IMG/VR virus record: IMGVR_UViG_3300013117_000027
Source: a virus
Reading direction: 5' to 3' (one strand)
DNA: 64,000 nucleotides
Shown here: positions 18,888-28,844 of the stretch, one piece after another
How positions within the stretch are numbered: the stretch's first letter is position 1
How the letters are laid out: each line of letters opens with the position of its first letter
The notes under the pieces: model-generated
Seen by the model: the letters and a program-made list of their open reading frames with translations, nothing else
Database searches by the model: none
Told to the model about the DNA's origin: nothing
Made by a program: the position numbers and the translations under genes

Positions 18888-21167
18888 ATGAACGGTAAGA
18901 ATGTATATTTTTCTAATAACACTGGTAGGATTATCAATGCTGTTGTTCCTGAACACTTTAAGATGGCCAGTGACAAGACCTCTAATGGGTACAAGTATGT
19001 AAATCTTCTCTACACTATAGAAGTAGATTTACTGTACGATTATCTAGATGACGCTAGGTATAGTAATAGTCTTGAATATTTTGACTACGGAACAGACTAT
19101 GATTATTTCGAGGTTACTCTTAACGAGAATGTTATTAGTGATACTGTTTATGGTGACAATATACCTATTAAGATAACTACACAACAAGAGTTTAATGACG
19201 GATTTCCTACGCGATTTAATATTGAATCTATTATACCAGTAAGTGGAGTAAGTTATGGCGCGTTAGGAATAGAGTACGTAAGAAAAACAGCTGAGGGTTC
19301 TGGTGTTCTTCTTATTAATACTGACGTAGACGCTTCTGAAATATTTCCTTCTGGTTATCAAACTATATCAATCAATATAGATCCTGTCGGAAGAGGTGTG
19401 TATGGTTCACCTTTATCTGGTTATAACTTTTTGGTAAGAGAACAGTCTTACGATGTAGCAGGTAATGATGAGATAATAGTCCCTCCTACAAGGCAAGAAC
19501 TCTTACAGTTATATCCTGAACAAAAAAAGATATGGGCCCAGTCTGGTGTAAGTGAGTTTTCTTATAACTATTGGGTTGATCATTATACTCCTAACAATGG
19601 AGCAGTGTGGAATGACACTTTAAAAACTTGGGAAGCGCGCGGATATTCAGAAGATTATTATCTTGATATGAATAATAACAAGGTGTACTATCGTACGTTT
19701 CTTAACAATCCACATGGTACAGGTAATTATAATGAAACGTATATGCCTTTAAAGTATGTTCCTATTAGTGGGACGTTTAAACTTTATGATCTAGATATAC
19801 TTCAAAGTGGACAGCTCGTCAATATAGATGCATCAGGAACTACATTGTACATACATAGTGGTATGTATGACTTTAGTCAGTTCGATGATAGAGATGAATG
19901 GTTCTCTCCTTACAAAGGTTATGATGAAAATGTTCCTCATGAATTTATTCCTAATGGTTACAAAGAGTTAAATCCTACAGGAGTTCTTCCTGCGATTCCT
20001 TACCAAGAAGTATCTTGGGAGTTACAACACGAAGGTGCAAGAGTAGGAGACGATTTTACATGGCAAGACGACGATACAGAACCTATTACTAATATGCTTA
20101 AGATTAAGAATGGCCAGAGTAGGTATATAGCAGAGTACTTTTATAAGATAGCTAATAAGATAGGTTACCTAACAACATTAGATTCTACCAAGTATATACG
20201 TTATGGTAATGGTAACTATACTTTCTCTATACAAGATATTACTAACAATAGACAAGAGTTTGATGTATCTTTATCCAAAGATCCTACAGATAGGAAAGCA
20301 GCTTGCTTTCATGGACTTCTTGTAAGACCATTTAGTACTATTGATCAATTAAACGTTACTTTCGACGTTGCATCAGATCCATTAGATCTTCAGGACTCTA
20401 GTATAAATATTTACGCAAGAGCACCTAAAGTTGGAACATCTTACAGCGAGATAAAACCTATTATACATGATAAACGAACTTATATGTTTAATAAACATTG
20501 GGGAGATGTTGATCTTTCTGGAGTAGTAGATCTTCATCAAGCTACAAATGATATAGTTTCTAGTGTACCATATGGTACATATAAAGGTGTATCGCTTATA
20601 CACGTTGACACTAGCGAGAATACTTACTATGAAACAATAGGTCAGTATTCTGGTTATATGGATCTTATAACAGAAACTTCTACTAATTCTAATAGATATG
20701 TTAAGATGGGATTTAAGGTAACAAAGAGAGTTGGTGATGTAGGTGAGCAAATGCTAGCAATGTCATGTAATTCAAGCGGAGAGTTTTGGGCACTAGATCT
20801 ACTTCCTAATGGAAGATTTAGAGTTAGGGATAATCTTAATACACTTATAAGTTATGACGGTATATTTGAAGAAGGAGATAACTTTGAAAGAGAACTTATT
20901 CTTGAGCGCGATACTGATTATGATTATGGTCCAGGTTTATATCCTTACCGACTTTATACAAGATCAACAGATACTAATCAAAGAGTAGCAGATAGTAGAA
21001 AAGATATATTTACTCAACATGGATTTGACTTAAGCGTTAACGCAAATGATCCTTCTGGAATTGTTGGTGATGTGTACGACTTTACTAAGTTATTTTACAA
21101 TACATGTACTGACATAGAATATGTACAAATTTATGAAGAATCAAGGGAGTTCGTAGATGGCCAATAA
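18888..21167 (+). CDS. Putative baseplate/tail structural protein, Ser-Gly rich
   Basis: 759-aa ORF following baseplate J; acidic, aromatic-rich. Confidence 0.5.
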   Translation: MNGKNVYFSNNTGRIINAVVPEHFKMASDKTSNGYKYVNLLYTIEVDLLYDYLDDARYSNSLEYFDYGTDYDYFEVTLNENVISDTVYGDNIPIKITTQQEFNDGFPTRFNIESIIPVSGVSYGALGIEYVRKTAEGSGVLLINTDVDASEIFPSGYQTISINIDPVGRGVYGSPLSGYNFLVREQSYDVAGNDEIIVPPTRQELLQLYPEQKKIWAQSGVSEFSYNYWVDHYTPNNGAVWNDTLKTWEARGYSEDYYLDMNNNKVYYRTFLNNPHGTGNYNETYMPLKYVPISGTFKLYDLDILQSGQLVNIDASGTTLYIHSGMYDFSQFDDRDEWFSPYKGYDENVPHEFIPNGYKELNPTGVLPAIPYQEVSWELQHEGARVGDDFTWQDDDTEPITNMLKIKNGQSRYIAEYFYKIANKIGYLTTLDSTKYIRYGNGNYTFSIQDITNNRQEFDVSLSKDPTDRKAACFHGLLVRPFSTIDQLNVTFDVASDPLDLQDSSINIYARAPKVGTSYSEIKPIIHDKRTYMFNKHWGDVDLSGVVDLHQATNDIVSSVPYGTYKGVSLIHVDTSENTYYETIGQYSGYMDLITETSTNSNRYVKMGFKVTKRVGDVGEQMLAMSCNSSGEFWALDLLPNGRFRVRDNLNTLISYDGIFEEGDNFERELILERDTDYDYGPGLYPYRLYTRSTDTNQRVADSRKDIFTQHGFDLSVNANDPSGIVGDVYDFTKLFYNTCTDIEYVQIYEESREFVDGQ

Positions 21168-23385
21168 AGATATATTTGTTAGAGCAGTAGCATCAGGAGA
21201 CGGAACAGGTCTCGACTGGTATAATGCTTATACTACATTACAAGATGCTCTTACAGAGGCAATGGCTGAGCCTGCAGCTAACACAGTTAACGTATATGTT
21301 GATGATGATATTTACACGTTGGCTTCTCTTACAGTCAGTCATAACTCAATTAATCTGTATGGTGGTAATATTCTTACTGCTGACGTTGTTGTGTCTGGAT
21401 ATAATGAGATACCTGTTGGTACAACTTTTAAAAGTATTGTTTACCTAGAAGACTCAGTGTACGTACAAAGTGGTGTATTTATAACAGATTCTGTTAGGTT
21501 TATTAACTCTTCTGGAGGCTACGCTATCCAAGGTGAAGATCTTACTGACATACTTCTGAAGAAAGTTAACTTTGAAACAGACTACGGTATTGATACTAGT
21601 GGTAATCTTAGATGTGAGTTCATAAATGCTATATCGTATACTCCTCAGGAGTATACATATGGATTTGGAGGTTCTTACATAGCAGAGTCTGGATATTCGG
21701 ACGCATTGTCTGGCAACATATTTATTAATAGTGTCGGAGAAGAGACAGTAGTTAATAATTCCTCAATGATAGGTTACTATAACACTATAGTATTTAATGG
21801 TATCAACGACAATGAATGTATTATAGACGACGTACTTATAAAGCAGGCATCTAATGGTATAGTTTATCAATCAGTGGGCGGTAGTGGTACATTGCGTACC
21901 AATAATATCGTTATATACGATACAGATAAATCTTTCTTATTTAAAGATACTACTATATCAGGTGGATTAAACGGAGAGATAGGTAACTGTACATTATATA
22001 CACCTTATTCATTCTCTATATCTCCTATGATAACAGGTCTTATACAGATAACAGATTCTATAATGTCCGGCGAAATGATCTACGGAGACGGTTCTCTTAC
22101 TCTTACTACAGAGTACACTTTATTAGATACTACTCCCAGTGGTTACGGATTTGTTCCTGGAACAGGTATAGTCTATGGAGATCCTAAGTATATAGATGTA
22201 ACAAAAGGTGACTTCAGTCTTGGAATAGGTACTGCTGACGATAGAGTATCATCTGATGGTCTTAATGTGGGATCTTATACAGAGATAGGAAGAAGTATAC
22301 AATTGTCTGACTCCAAAGGATTTAGATTATCAGATTCAAGTGTAGAAGGATATGATATGTTCTTACATAAGAGCGACGAGACCGTCGTATGGTCAGATCA
22401 TATGAAAGAGATTCCTATGGCCACATTTAGAGATAATAATGGTACGTTATCGTATGTTTATAATCATACTACTACAGTAGTATTGTCTGGTGTTGTTACT
22501 ATTCCTGCATTTTCTAGAGAACCTTCTTTAAACGATTGGATGTACGAATGGGACTATGAGATAATGAACAGTCCTGGTATCGAGAATAATCCTAGGATCA
22601 TTCCTAAGTCTATTATAGATATTACAAATATCTTACAGAATATAGACTACGGTAAGAATAAATCTAATATAAGCGTAAGAGCATTTAAGAATATAGATAA
22701 TAGAGGCATTAGTTATGACTATGACTCTTCTAACAATACAAGTAAAATCGTATGGTCTTTGGATGGAGATCAGATGTTAACAAAGACAGACTTTTGGAAC
22801 GGAAACGTTATAGATAAGTATCCACTTGTTCCTCCTATTCATCCTTCTGGTGAGAAATTATTTATTAAACCTTCTGGACTTATACCTTATGGAGTTAATA
22901 AATATGTGACAGAGGATGATCCTGATACTATCCTAGAAAGTGTAAATGATGACGGTTCGTTTGAATGGTTATCTACAGAGAAACATAGGAAGTGGGATTT
23001 AAAAGGTATTTTAACTCATAAGGGAACTATGTATGTAACAGCATCTTTTGCTGACCAAGCATCTACAACTCCTTACGTTCTAATATATCCTAGTAGAGGT
23101 TACTATGCTGATTATCAATGTCCTGATCCTACAAAGTTAGAATTACACGATGATAACAATGATCCAAGAGGCATAACTGTTTATGAAGACGGAAGCATTC
23201 TTATTAGCAACTACGATGTTATGTCATCCGGAATTGCTAACTATGTGAATATATTTCACTATAAGCCATGCTTTGACTATGCTTTAAAAGAAAATAATAA
23301 CTATATGAATACAAAACTTATACTTCGTGAGGCTTATGACGAAGTAACATTAGAACAGGCATTAGAAGAGCCTGATACACCATAA
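21157..23385 (+). CDS. Virion protein with N-terminal right-handed beta-helix (pectate-lyase-like) region
   Basis: IFVRAVASGDGTGLDWYNAYTTLQDAL start and GDPKYID..KGDFSL end are typical of beta-helix domains; the C-terminal part looks beta-propeller-like (PRGITVYEDGSILIS). Confidence 0.55.
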   Translation: MANKDIFVRAVASGDGTGLDWYNAYTTLQDALTEAMAEPAANTVNVYVDDDIYTLASLTVSHNSINLYGGNILTADVVVSGYNEIPVGTTFKSIVYLEDSVYVQSGVFITDSVRFINSSGGYAIQGEDLTDILLKKVNFETDYGIDTSGNLRCEFINAISYTPQEYTYGFGGSYIAESGYSDALSGNIFINSVGEETVVNNSSMIGYYNTIVFNGINDNECIIDDVLIKQASNGIVYQSVGGSGTLRTNNIVIYDTDKSFLFKDTTISGGLNGEIGNCTLYTPYSFSISPMITGLIQITDSIMSGEMIYGDGSLTLTTEYTLLDTTPSGYGFVPGTGIVYGDPKYIDVTKGDFSLGIGTADDRVSSDGLNVGSYTEIGRSIQLSDSKGFRLSDSSVEGYDMFLHKSDETVVWSDHMKEIPMATFRDNNGTLSYVYNHTTTVVLSGVVTIPAFSREPSLNDWMYEWDYEIMNSPGIENNPRIIPKSIIDITNILQNIDYGKNKSNISVRAFKNIDNRGISYDYDSSNNTSKIVWSLDGDQMLTKTDFWNGNVIDKYPLVPPIHPSGEKLFIKPSGLIPYGVNKYVTEDDPDTILESVNDDGSFEWLSTEKHRKWDLKGILTHKGTMYVTASFADQASTTPYVLIYPSRGYYADYQCPDPTKLELHDDNNDPRGITVYEDGSILISNYDVMSSGIANYVNIFHYKPCFDYALKENNNYMNTKLILREAYDEVTLEQALEEPDTP

Positions 23386-23395
23386 GGAGATTAAG

Positions 23396-24655
23396 ATGGC
23401 ATATCCACAAGGTAACGCATCTCAAAATATGGACTTAGGGATTTACTCGTCTGACTTTAGTCCTGATATAACCGTAGCTGGTATAGTAGATAATCATACA
23501 ACTGTAAATAAGTTAGGATTACGTAATTCATTAGGTAACCAAATTTCGTTGCTACAAAATTTTGTATGTGAGCAATATTTAGGACGTCTATCTAGTCCTG
23601 TTGGTAGTGGATATATAAACTATCTAAGAGGTGGTCAGTATAGTAATATACATTACGGTATAGATCCAACAGGTACAGGTTCTTATACTTATGCTGAACC
23701 TGGTATCCTAATGACGAAGTATGTATACGATACTTCTACAAGTGGGGTAACTATAAGTGAGAGTGATATTAACTCTTATAGAACAATAGGAACAAGAACT
23801 TATCAAAGTAAAGCAAATGGTAGTTGGATCCAATTAAACGACTACGCAACAGATGGTACATGGTCACAATGGGGCTCTGGACTTTTAAAAATGGTTGCAG
23901 GATATGGTAACGATAGTTCTAACTTTTCTAGTTTTATAATGAAATCTACAGGAGATATCATCTTAGATACTGGTCCAGATCCTTACACATCAGAGGTAAT
24001 AATAAGTGGTAATCTTTCCCTCCCTACAGTTAATGCTACAATGACTATACATAATGACTTCGGTAATAATCAATTATTTATGGACGGAGCCACATTCGCA
24101 CTTAATAACTATTCTACAGGCAATAATACACAACTATTTCCTAGTTCAATACAGATGACACAAAATGCATCTATATACGGATTTAATAATTTTGCTTTGA
24201 ACGGTAACGGTCCTATTATACTTAACTCAGAACGAGGATCTTTCAATGAATCTTATCTTACTATGAGTGGTGAGAATATATATATTCAAGCTGATAGAAT
24301 GTTCTTAGAAGGTGAAGTATATATAAGTGGTACATTGTATAGTGATGGGGATAACAATATAATGCTTAGACAAAATCCTTTGATATCTTTATCACAACAA
24401 GCTTATACGTCTGTAGCAGCAGGAAATATTCTTGTAGGTTCAGGTACTACAAGCTACATGACTTTAAAATTTGAAGAAACAGAACCTGATACAATAGAGA
24501 TATACGGAAGAAATCACTTAAGATTAGGCGCACTACAAAACTTACTGTTAGGATACAATACTAATATAATCATAGAAGGTGGACTACCATCATCTGATCC
24601 ATCTGTATCAGGTGCGTTGTATGAGTCATCTGGTGTAGTAATGATCTCATTATAA
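23396..24655 (+). CDS. Putative tail fibre/spike protein
   Basis: G/S/T/N-rich beta-strand sequence ending LPSSDPSVSGALYESSGVVMIS; AGGAG SD. Confidence 0.45.
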   Translation: MAYPQGNASQNMDLGIYSSDFSPDITVAGIVDNHTTVNKLGLRNSLGNQISLLQNFVCEQYLGRLSSPVGSGYINYLRGGQYSNIHYGIDPTGTGSYTYAEPGILMTKYVYDTSTSGVTISESDINSYRTIGTRTYQSKANGSWIQLNDYATDGTWSQWGSGLLKMVAGYGNDSSNFSSFIMKSTGDIILDTGPDPYTSEVIISGNLSLPTVNATMTIHNDFGNNQLFMDGATFALNNYSTGNNTQLFPSSIQMTQNASIYGFNNFALNGNGPIILNSERGSFNESYLTMSGENIYIQADRMFLEGEVYISGTLYSDGDNNIMLRQNPLISLSQQAYTSVAAGNILVGSGTTSYMTLKFEETEPDTIEIYGRNHLRLGALQNLLLGYNTNIIIEGGLPSSDPSVSGALYESSGVVMISL

Positions 24656-24664
24656 GGAGTATAA

Positions 24665-26263
24665 ATGGCTAAGCCTGTAAAAAAGAATAGATGGACTAAC
24701 GTAGATGCGTTCGCATTACTTAACGGTATAAGTACTTGGGATAAGAATTATCTTAATCTTAAGTATGTTCGTATACCTGGTGAAAGTAATATAGAACTAA
24801 GACAAAAAATTTATAATAGTCATTCAAATCCAGCTGAAGATACGTCTTTACAAAGTCTTATTCGAGGTCTTTCTAACGAGTTAAATCTTACTACATATGA
24901 TATAGAATCAAAGACTACGTTTGATCTTATACGAACACCATTTCCATCAGGAGATGTTGGGATTCAAGATATATGGCTTTTCTACAAGCCACCTGGTAGT
25001 GGAGAATGGTACGAGATAGCTCCACAATTATGGGGATCTGGCTATTATACTGACTATGAAGCTAGCGAGACACAGTCTTCTGGATTTATAGTGTGGGAAG
25101 AATCTTACTATAAAGATTCGTTAGGAGTTACTACTAAGACTAGTACGTATAGTACTTTACTAAGTGTGCTTCCTAATCCTAATCTCGAAGTTCCTCTTGT
25201 TGATAAGAGTCTCATAAAGATTATATACAATGTAAGACTTTATGATAAAGATAATAATTCTTCTACTTATCTTTACACTGATATGCCCAACGAGTATGAT
25301 GTAGATGACGATAGACTCATATATAGAATACCTTATGTTGTTCAATCAGGCGATTACTATAATTCAGTTATAGCTTATCATCTAGATGAGGTACAAAGTT
25401 TTGCATCTGGTCTTTACTATACGTCTGGCGGTCTACCTACAGGGATGCTTTATAAGTTAAGAGACATCATAGATAATAACTTTCAACATAAATGGAAGAA
25501 TGTAAGAGATAAACAATCTATATGGGATGTACATAAAGATTACAGTAAAGGTACTATACAAAGTTTCTATGATATACCTACTGTTGTTTCTCCAGAGAAT
25601 TCAGGAGAAGCATTAGATGTAGAAGATCTTTTTACCGGCGGTATAGAGTATCAAGATCCAGTACTTAATATATCAGATATATATATATCAGAAGAAGACT
25701 CTGTAGAGAGATGGTATCCTATCATGTATCCTGGCAAGTTCTATATAGGTGGTCAACAATATTACCTAATGGAGAATCCACAGTTTTCTACTATTGAGTT
25801 ATTAGATAGTTACTCGGATATATATGGTACTTGTGGTTCAGGAGTTCTACCATCTGGTATAGAAAGATGGTATAAGATTATAACACACTTTAATAGTAAT
25901 CCTTCTGGTGAAAGTTTTGTGTTTGAAGACTACAATTATAAGATACCATATAGACAATATGATCCTAATGACGCATCAGGTCTATATAACTTTAACACTT
26001 TGATATACAGAAAAAGACCTTATATTACAGCTGCAATGGGATATCAATTAGATCTAGGTTCTGGTGAATATAATATCGACTTTGATCAATCACCTCCTGT
26101 TATACATGTTAGTGGGGTGCATAATACAGAGTTAAACATTGTATGGGATGAGGTTACCGTTCCTAGTGGACGTATATGTAGTAACGATTATGCTGATCTT
26201 AATCCTTTAAATGGAGACAATGTAGACTTTAGTAAGTATTTCTTTGTTATAGGAGATGAGTAA
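24665..26263 (+). CDS. Putative baseplate wedge/tail protein
   Basis: N-terminal RIPGESNIELRQKI resembles the R..GE.D..YR.RI motif of baseplate wedge proteins; AAGGAG SD. Confidence 0.5.
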   Translation: MAKPVKKNRWTNVDAFALLNGISTWDKNYLNLKYVRIPGESNIELRQKIYNSHSNPAEDTSLQSLIRGLSNELNLTTYDIESKTTFDLIRTPFPSGDVGIQDIWLFYKPPGSGEWYEIAPQLWGSGYYTDYEASETQSSGFIVWEESYYKDSLGVTTKTSTYSTLLSVLPNPNLEVPLVDKSLIKIIYNVRLYDKDNNSSTYLYTDMPNEYDVDDDRLIYRIPYVVQSGDYYNSVIAYHLDEVQSFASGLYYTSGGLPTGMLYKLRDIIDNNFQHKWKNVRDKQSIWDVHKDYSKGTIQSFYDIPTVVSPENSGEALDVEDLFTGGIEYQDPVLNISDIYISEEDSVERWYPIMYPGKFYIGGQQYYLMENPQFSTIELLDSYSDIYGTCGSGVLPSGIERWYKIITHFNSNPSGESFVFEDYNYKIPYRQYDPNDASGLYNFNTLIYRKRPYITAAMGYQLDLGSGEYNIDFDQSPPVIHVSGVHNTELNIVWDEVTVPSGRICSNDYADLNPLNGDNVDFSKYFFVIGDE

Positions 26264-26760
26264 TGAGACGTAAAAGAAGACCAAATCTTATAATAACTAA
26301 TCGTAGTGTACTTCCATATAATATAGATGGTGATACTATGAAATTCAAGATTATATATCGCGATGATCAACAGCAAAGTTATGTTGCTGGTATTAGTGGA
26401 TACGTATATGGTAATATAGGAGTTAGTGGCGCTACTATTAATATGGGTCTATTTGTGACTGACAAGTTTGGTCAATGTGACTTCTTATATAATACCGACT
26501 TAATAGAAGATAGGAATATAAATACTGCTAAGTTTTGGGCTTCTGGAGTTCATGAAAATTGGGGACTAGATGTTAATTCTTGTATAGCAAGAGCAGACTA
26601 TATATACATAGATCAACTAAGCGGTATTATTATAACAGCTGGTACTTGTGGAGACTTTAATGATCTTGGAACAAGATATGACTTTGATGAATTTGATGGA
26701 TATAGAATAACAGAATCAGGATTAAATAATATTACTGTTATAGAAAGGCCTTGGATATAA
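26263..26760 (+). CDS. Hypothetical virion protein
   Basis: TAATG overlaps on both sides; 165 aa. Confidence 0.5.
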   Translation: MRRKRRPNLIITNRSVLPYNIDGDTMKFKIIYRDDQQQSYVAGISGYVYGNIGVSGATINMGLFVTDKFGQCDFLYNTDLIEDRNINTAKFWASGVHENWGLDVNSCIARADYIYIDQLSGIIITAGTCGDFNDLGTRYDFDEFDGYRITESGLNNITVIERPWI

Positions 26761-28844
26761 TGTCAGTAAACTTCCTTAAGAAGAAAGATGGATACGATAT
26801 AAGTATGTGTCCTATAGCTACAGTACGATTAGATGGATTTAGTCCTACAAAGATAACTAAACTCATAGATTACTCTAATGATGTCCACGAGAATAGTGAA
26901 AACTATGTACAGACACAAATAATATTAGCTGATAGAGATGGAGCAGAAGATACTACTCCTATCTCAGGATTTCCTCTTACATATTATGAGACAACATTCA
27001 GATATAAGTCTACATTCTTTGTAACAGATAAAGTTAACGATAACAATGATCCTTTATACTTTTCTTACGAGTTAAAGTTTGATGTAAACGGCGTTACAGA
27101 TACAGATATAATAGAAGTATTAAAGAATAATACTACACCTTTAAGACCTGATCAGTTTAAGCTACAGTTTGGACATGTATCTCTTACAGATAACTACTAT
27201 GGTACCAAGGATGCAGGATTAGATAGGTATGGAAGGGATATAGTATGGGGTCCTATAGATGGATCTAAGAATATACATAGGGTTAGAGTTTTACTGCCTA
27301 TAGATGTTGTTAATAGAAGTGATTTTTACACTGTTAGATACAATAAGAGCCTGTTTAACATCAGTTATCCTGCTCATTTTGAGTTAATAGAGTTAACAAC
27401 ACTGTATACAGAGACAATAGACTGGGATATACAGGAAGATAAGGTAGTCTTACCGACGACATCCTTTATATCTAACGTTAACACTAAGCAGCTCTACATA
27501 ACAAAAGATCCTAATGCACACATAGCCGTCGAAGGTGTTATAAGTATGAACGCTGAAGGATATCAAAGTGACGCTGAGTCATCGTGGAACGCACGCATAT
27601 CACACGGTTCATTTCTTACTAACCTCGATGAAAGATTTTATCAAGCTAAGTTTGTACCGATAGACGTCGATAACCCTCAAGAGAAATACCAGTTGATAAC
27701 GTACGTTAATCCAAAGCTTCTCGGTGGTAACATCGTTAGAATCGAAGATGCTCCTATTCATATTACCACAGTAGACGATTTAGGTTCGCCATCTGGATAT
27801 GTATATCCTTACTATGACGTGACTATCTTTCCTAAAGAGTCGTTTGATAATATTATACCTATTGGAACATTCGGTATAGACGTAGATGGTGTTGATGTTT
27901 CAAGAATAAAGATCTCATCTATAGACAGACAAAAGGGATACATACTGTTTAATAAGCAATTTAATCCACAAGAAGATGTAGATTTCTTCTTTTATACTGA
28001 TTGTTCTAGTAAGTCTTATATATATAATCTAGAACTTAATCCTAGAATTAGTGGAGAGTATGGTATATCACATATATGTGAGAATACTATAAAGAATATA
28101 GGTGTTGCAGTAAGAGAGTCCCCAGAAGTTGGTGTCGGAGATTCTTATACTAATAGACTAAGATATCATAGTCTTTATTTCTTTGATTATGAAGCTGTTG
28201 CTGATGACGGTCAGGTCACTTTCTACAGGGGTAACCAAATTCCGGGGCTAAGTACATATAGTGAGGTAGGATACTTAAGATGGAATCCTTTCGACGGAAA
28301 AGAAAGTTCTACGGGACAGTTTATACCTTTATCACATGTTTCTGTTAATAGAATGTTTCCAGATATACTTACAGTGAGAGATGCTAGGATCATAGCAGGC
28401 GGTTTCACATCACAAGAACAGAAAAGGCTTAATAACGAACAAAAGAATTCATACACAGATATAGGCTATTGGGATGGTGAACCATTACCTCACGCTGGAC
28501 TTATAGTTATTCACTTACCTAGCACTATATATCCTAATCTTATAACCAAGTGGAAAGAGTCAGGTCTATTTAATCCTGACATGTATACAGATATAACAAA
28601 AGAAGAGATAGAACAACTAGCTGCAGCTAGTGGAGAAGATTATGATGAATATTATAGTAAACTTCTAGAGGGTTACTCTGTTAATAACGAGAAAGTAAAA
28701 GATCCTTACGAGACTATGTTAACTTCATGGGCTAAGAAGGAAGCATCTCATTACTTAGATCAACTTATAAAGAAGTATATACCAGCAGGAACGCAGTATA
28801 TACTATTAGATGAGAACTTTAATCAAATAAAATTGGATTTATAA
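26760..28844 (+). CDS. Hypothetical baseplate/tail protein (start moved to ATG 26760)
   Basis: ATG overlaps the upstream TAA; C-terminal DIGYWDGEP...IKKYIPAGT. Confidence 0.5.
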   Translation: MSVNFLKKKDGYDISMCPIATVRLDGFSPTKITKLIDYSNDVHENSENYVQTQIILADRDGAEDTTPISGFPLTYYETTFRYKSTFFVTDKVNDNNDPLYFSYELKFDVNGVTDTDIIEVLKNNTTPLRPDQFKLQFGHVSLTDNYYGTKDAGLDRYGRDIVWGPIDGSKNIHRVRVLLPIDVVNRSDFYTVRYNKSLFNISYPAHFELIELTTLYTETIDWDIQEDKVVLPTTSFISNVNTKQLYITKDPNAHIAVEGVISMNAEGYQSDAESSWNARISHGSFLTNLDERFYQAKFVPIDVDNPQEKYQLITYVNPKLLGGNIVRIEDAPIHITTVDDLGSPSGYVYPYYDVTIFPKESFDNIIPIGTFGIDVDGVDVSRIKISSIDRQKGYILFNKQFNPQEDVDFFFYTDCSSKSYIYNLELNPRISGEYGISHICENTIKNIGVAVRESPEVGVGDSYTNRLRYHSLYFFDYEAVADDGQVTFYRGNQIPGLSTYSEVGYLRWNPFDGKESSTGQFIPLSHVSVNRMFPDILTVRDARIIAGGFTSQEQKRLNNEQKNSYTDIGYWDGEPLPHAGLIVIHLPSTIYPNLITKWKESGLFNPDMYTDITKEEIEQLAAASGEDYDEYYSKLLEGYSVNNEKVKDPYETMLTSWAKKEASHYLDQLIKKYIPAGTQYILLDENFNQIKLDL

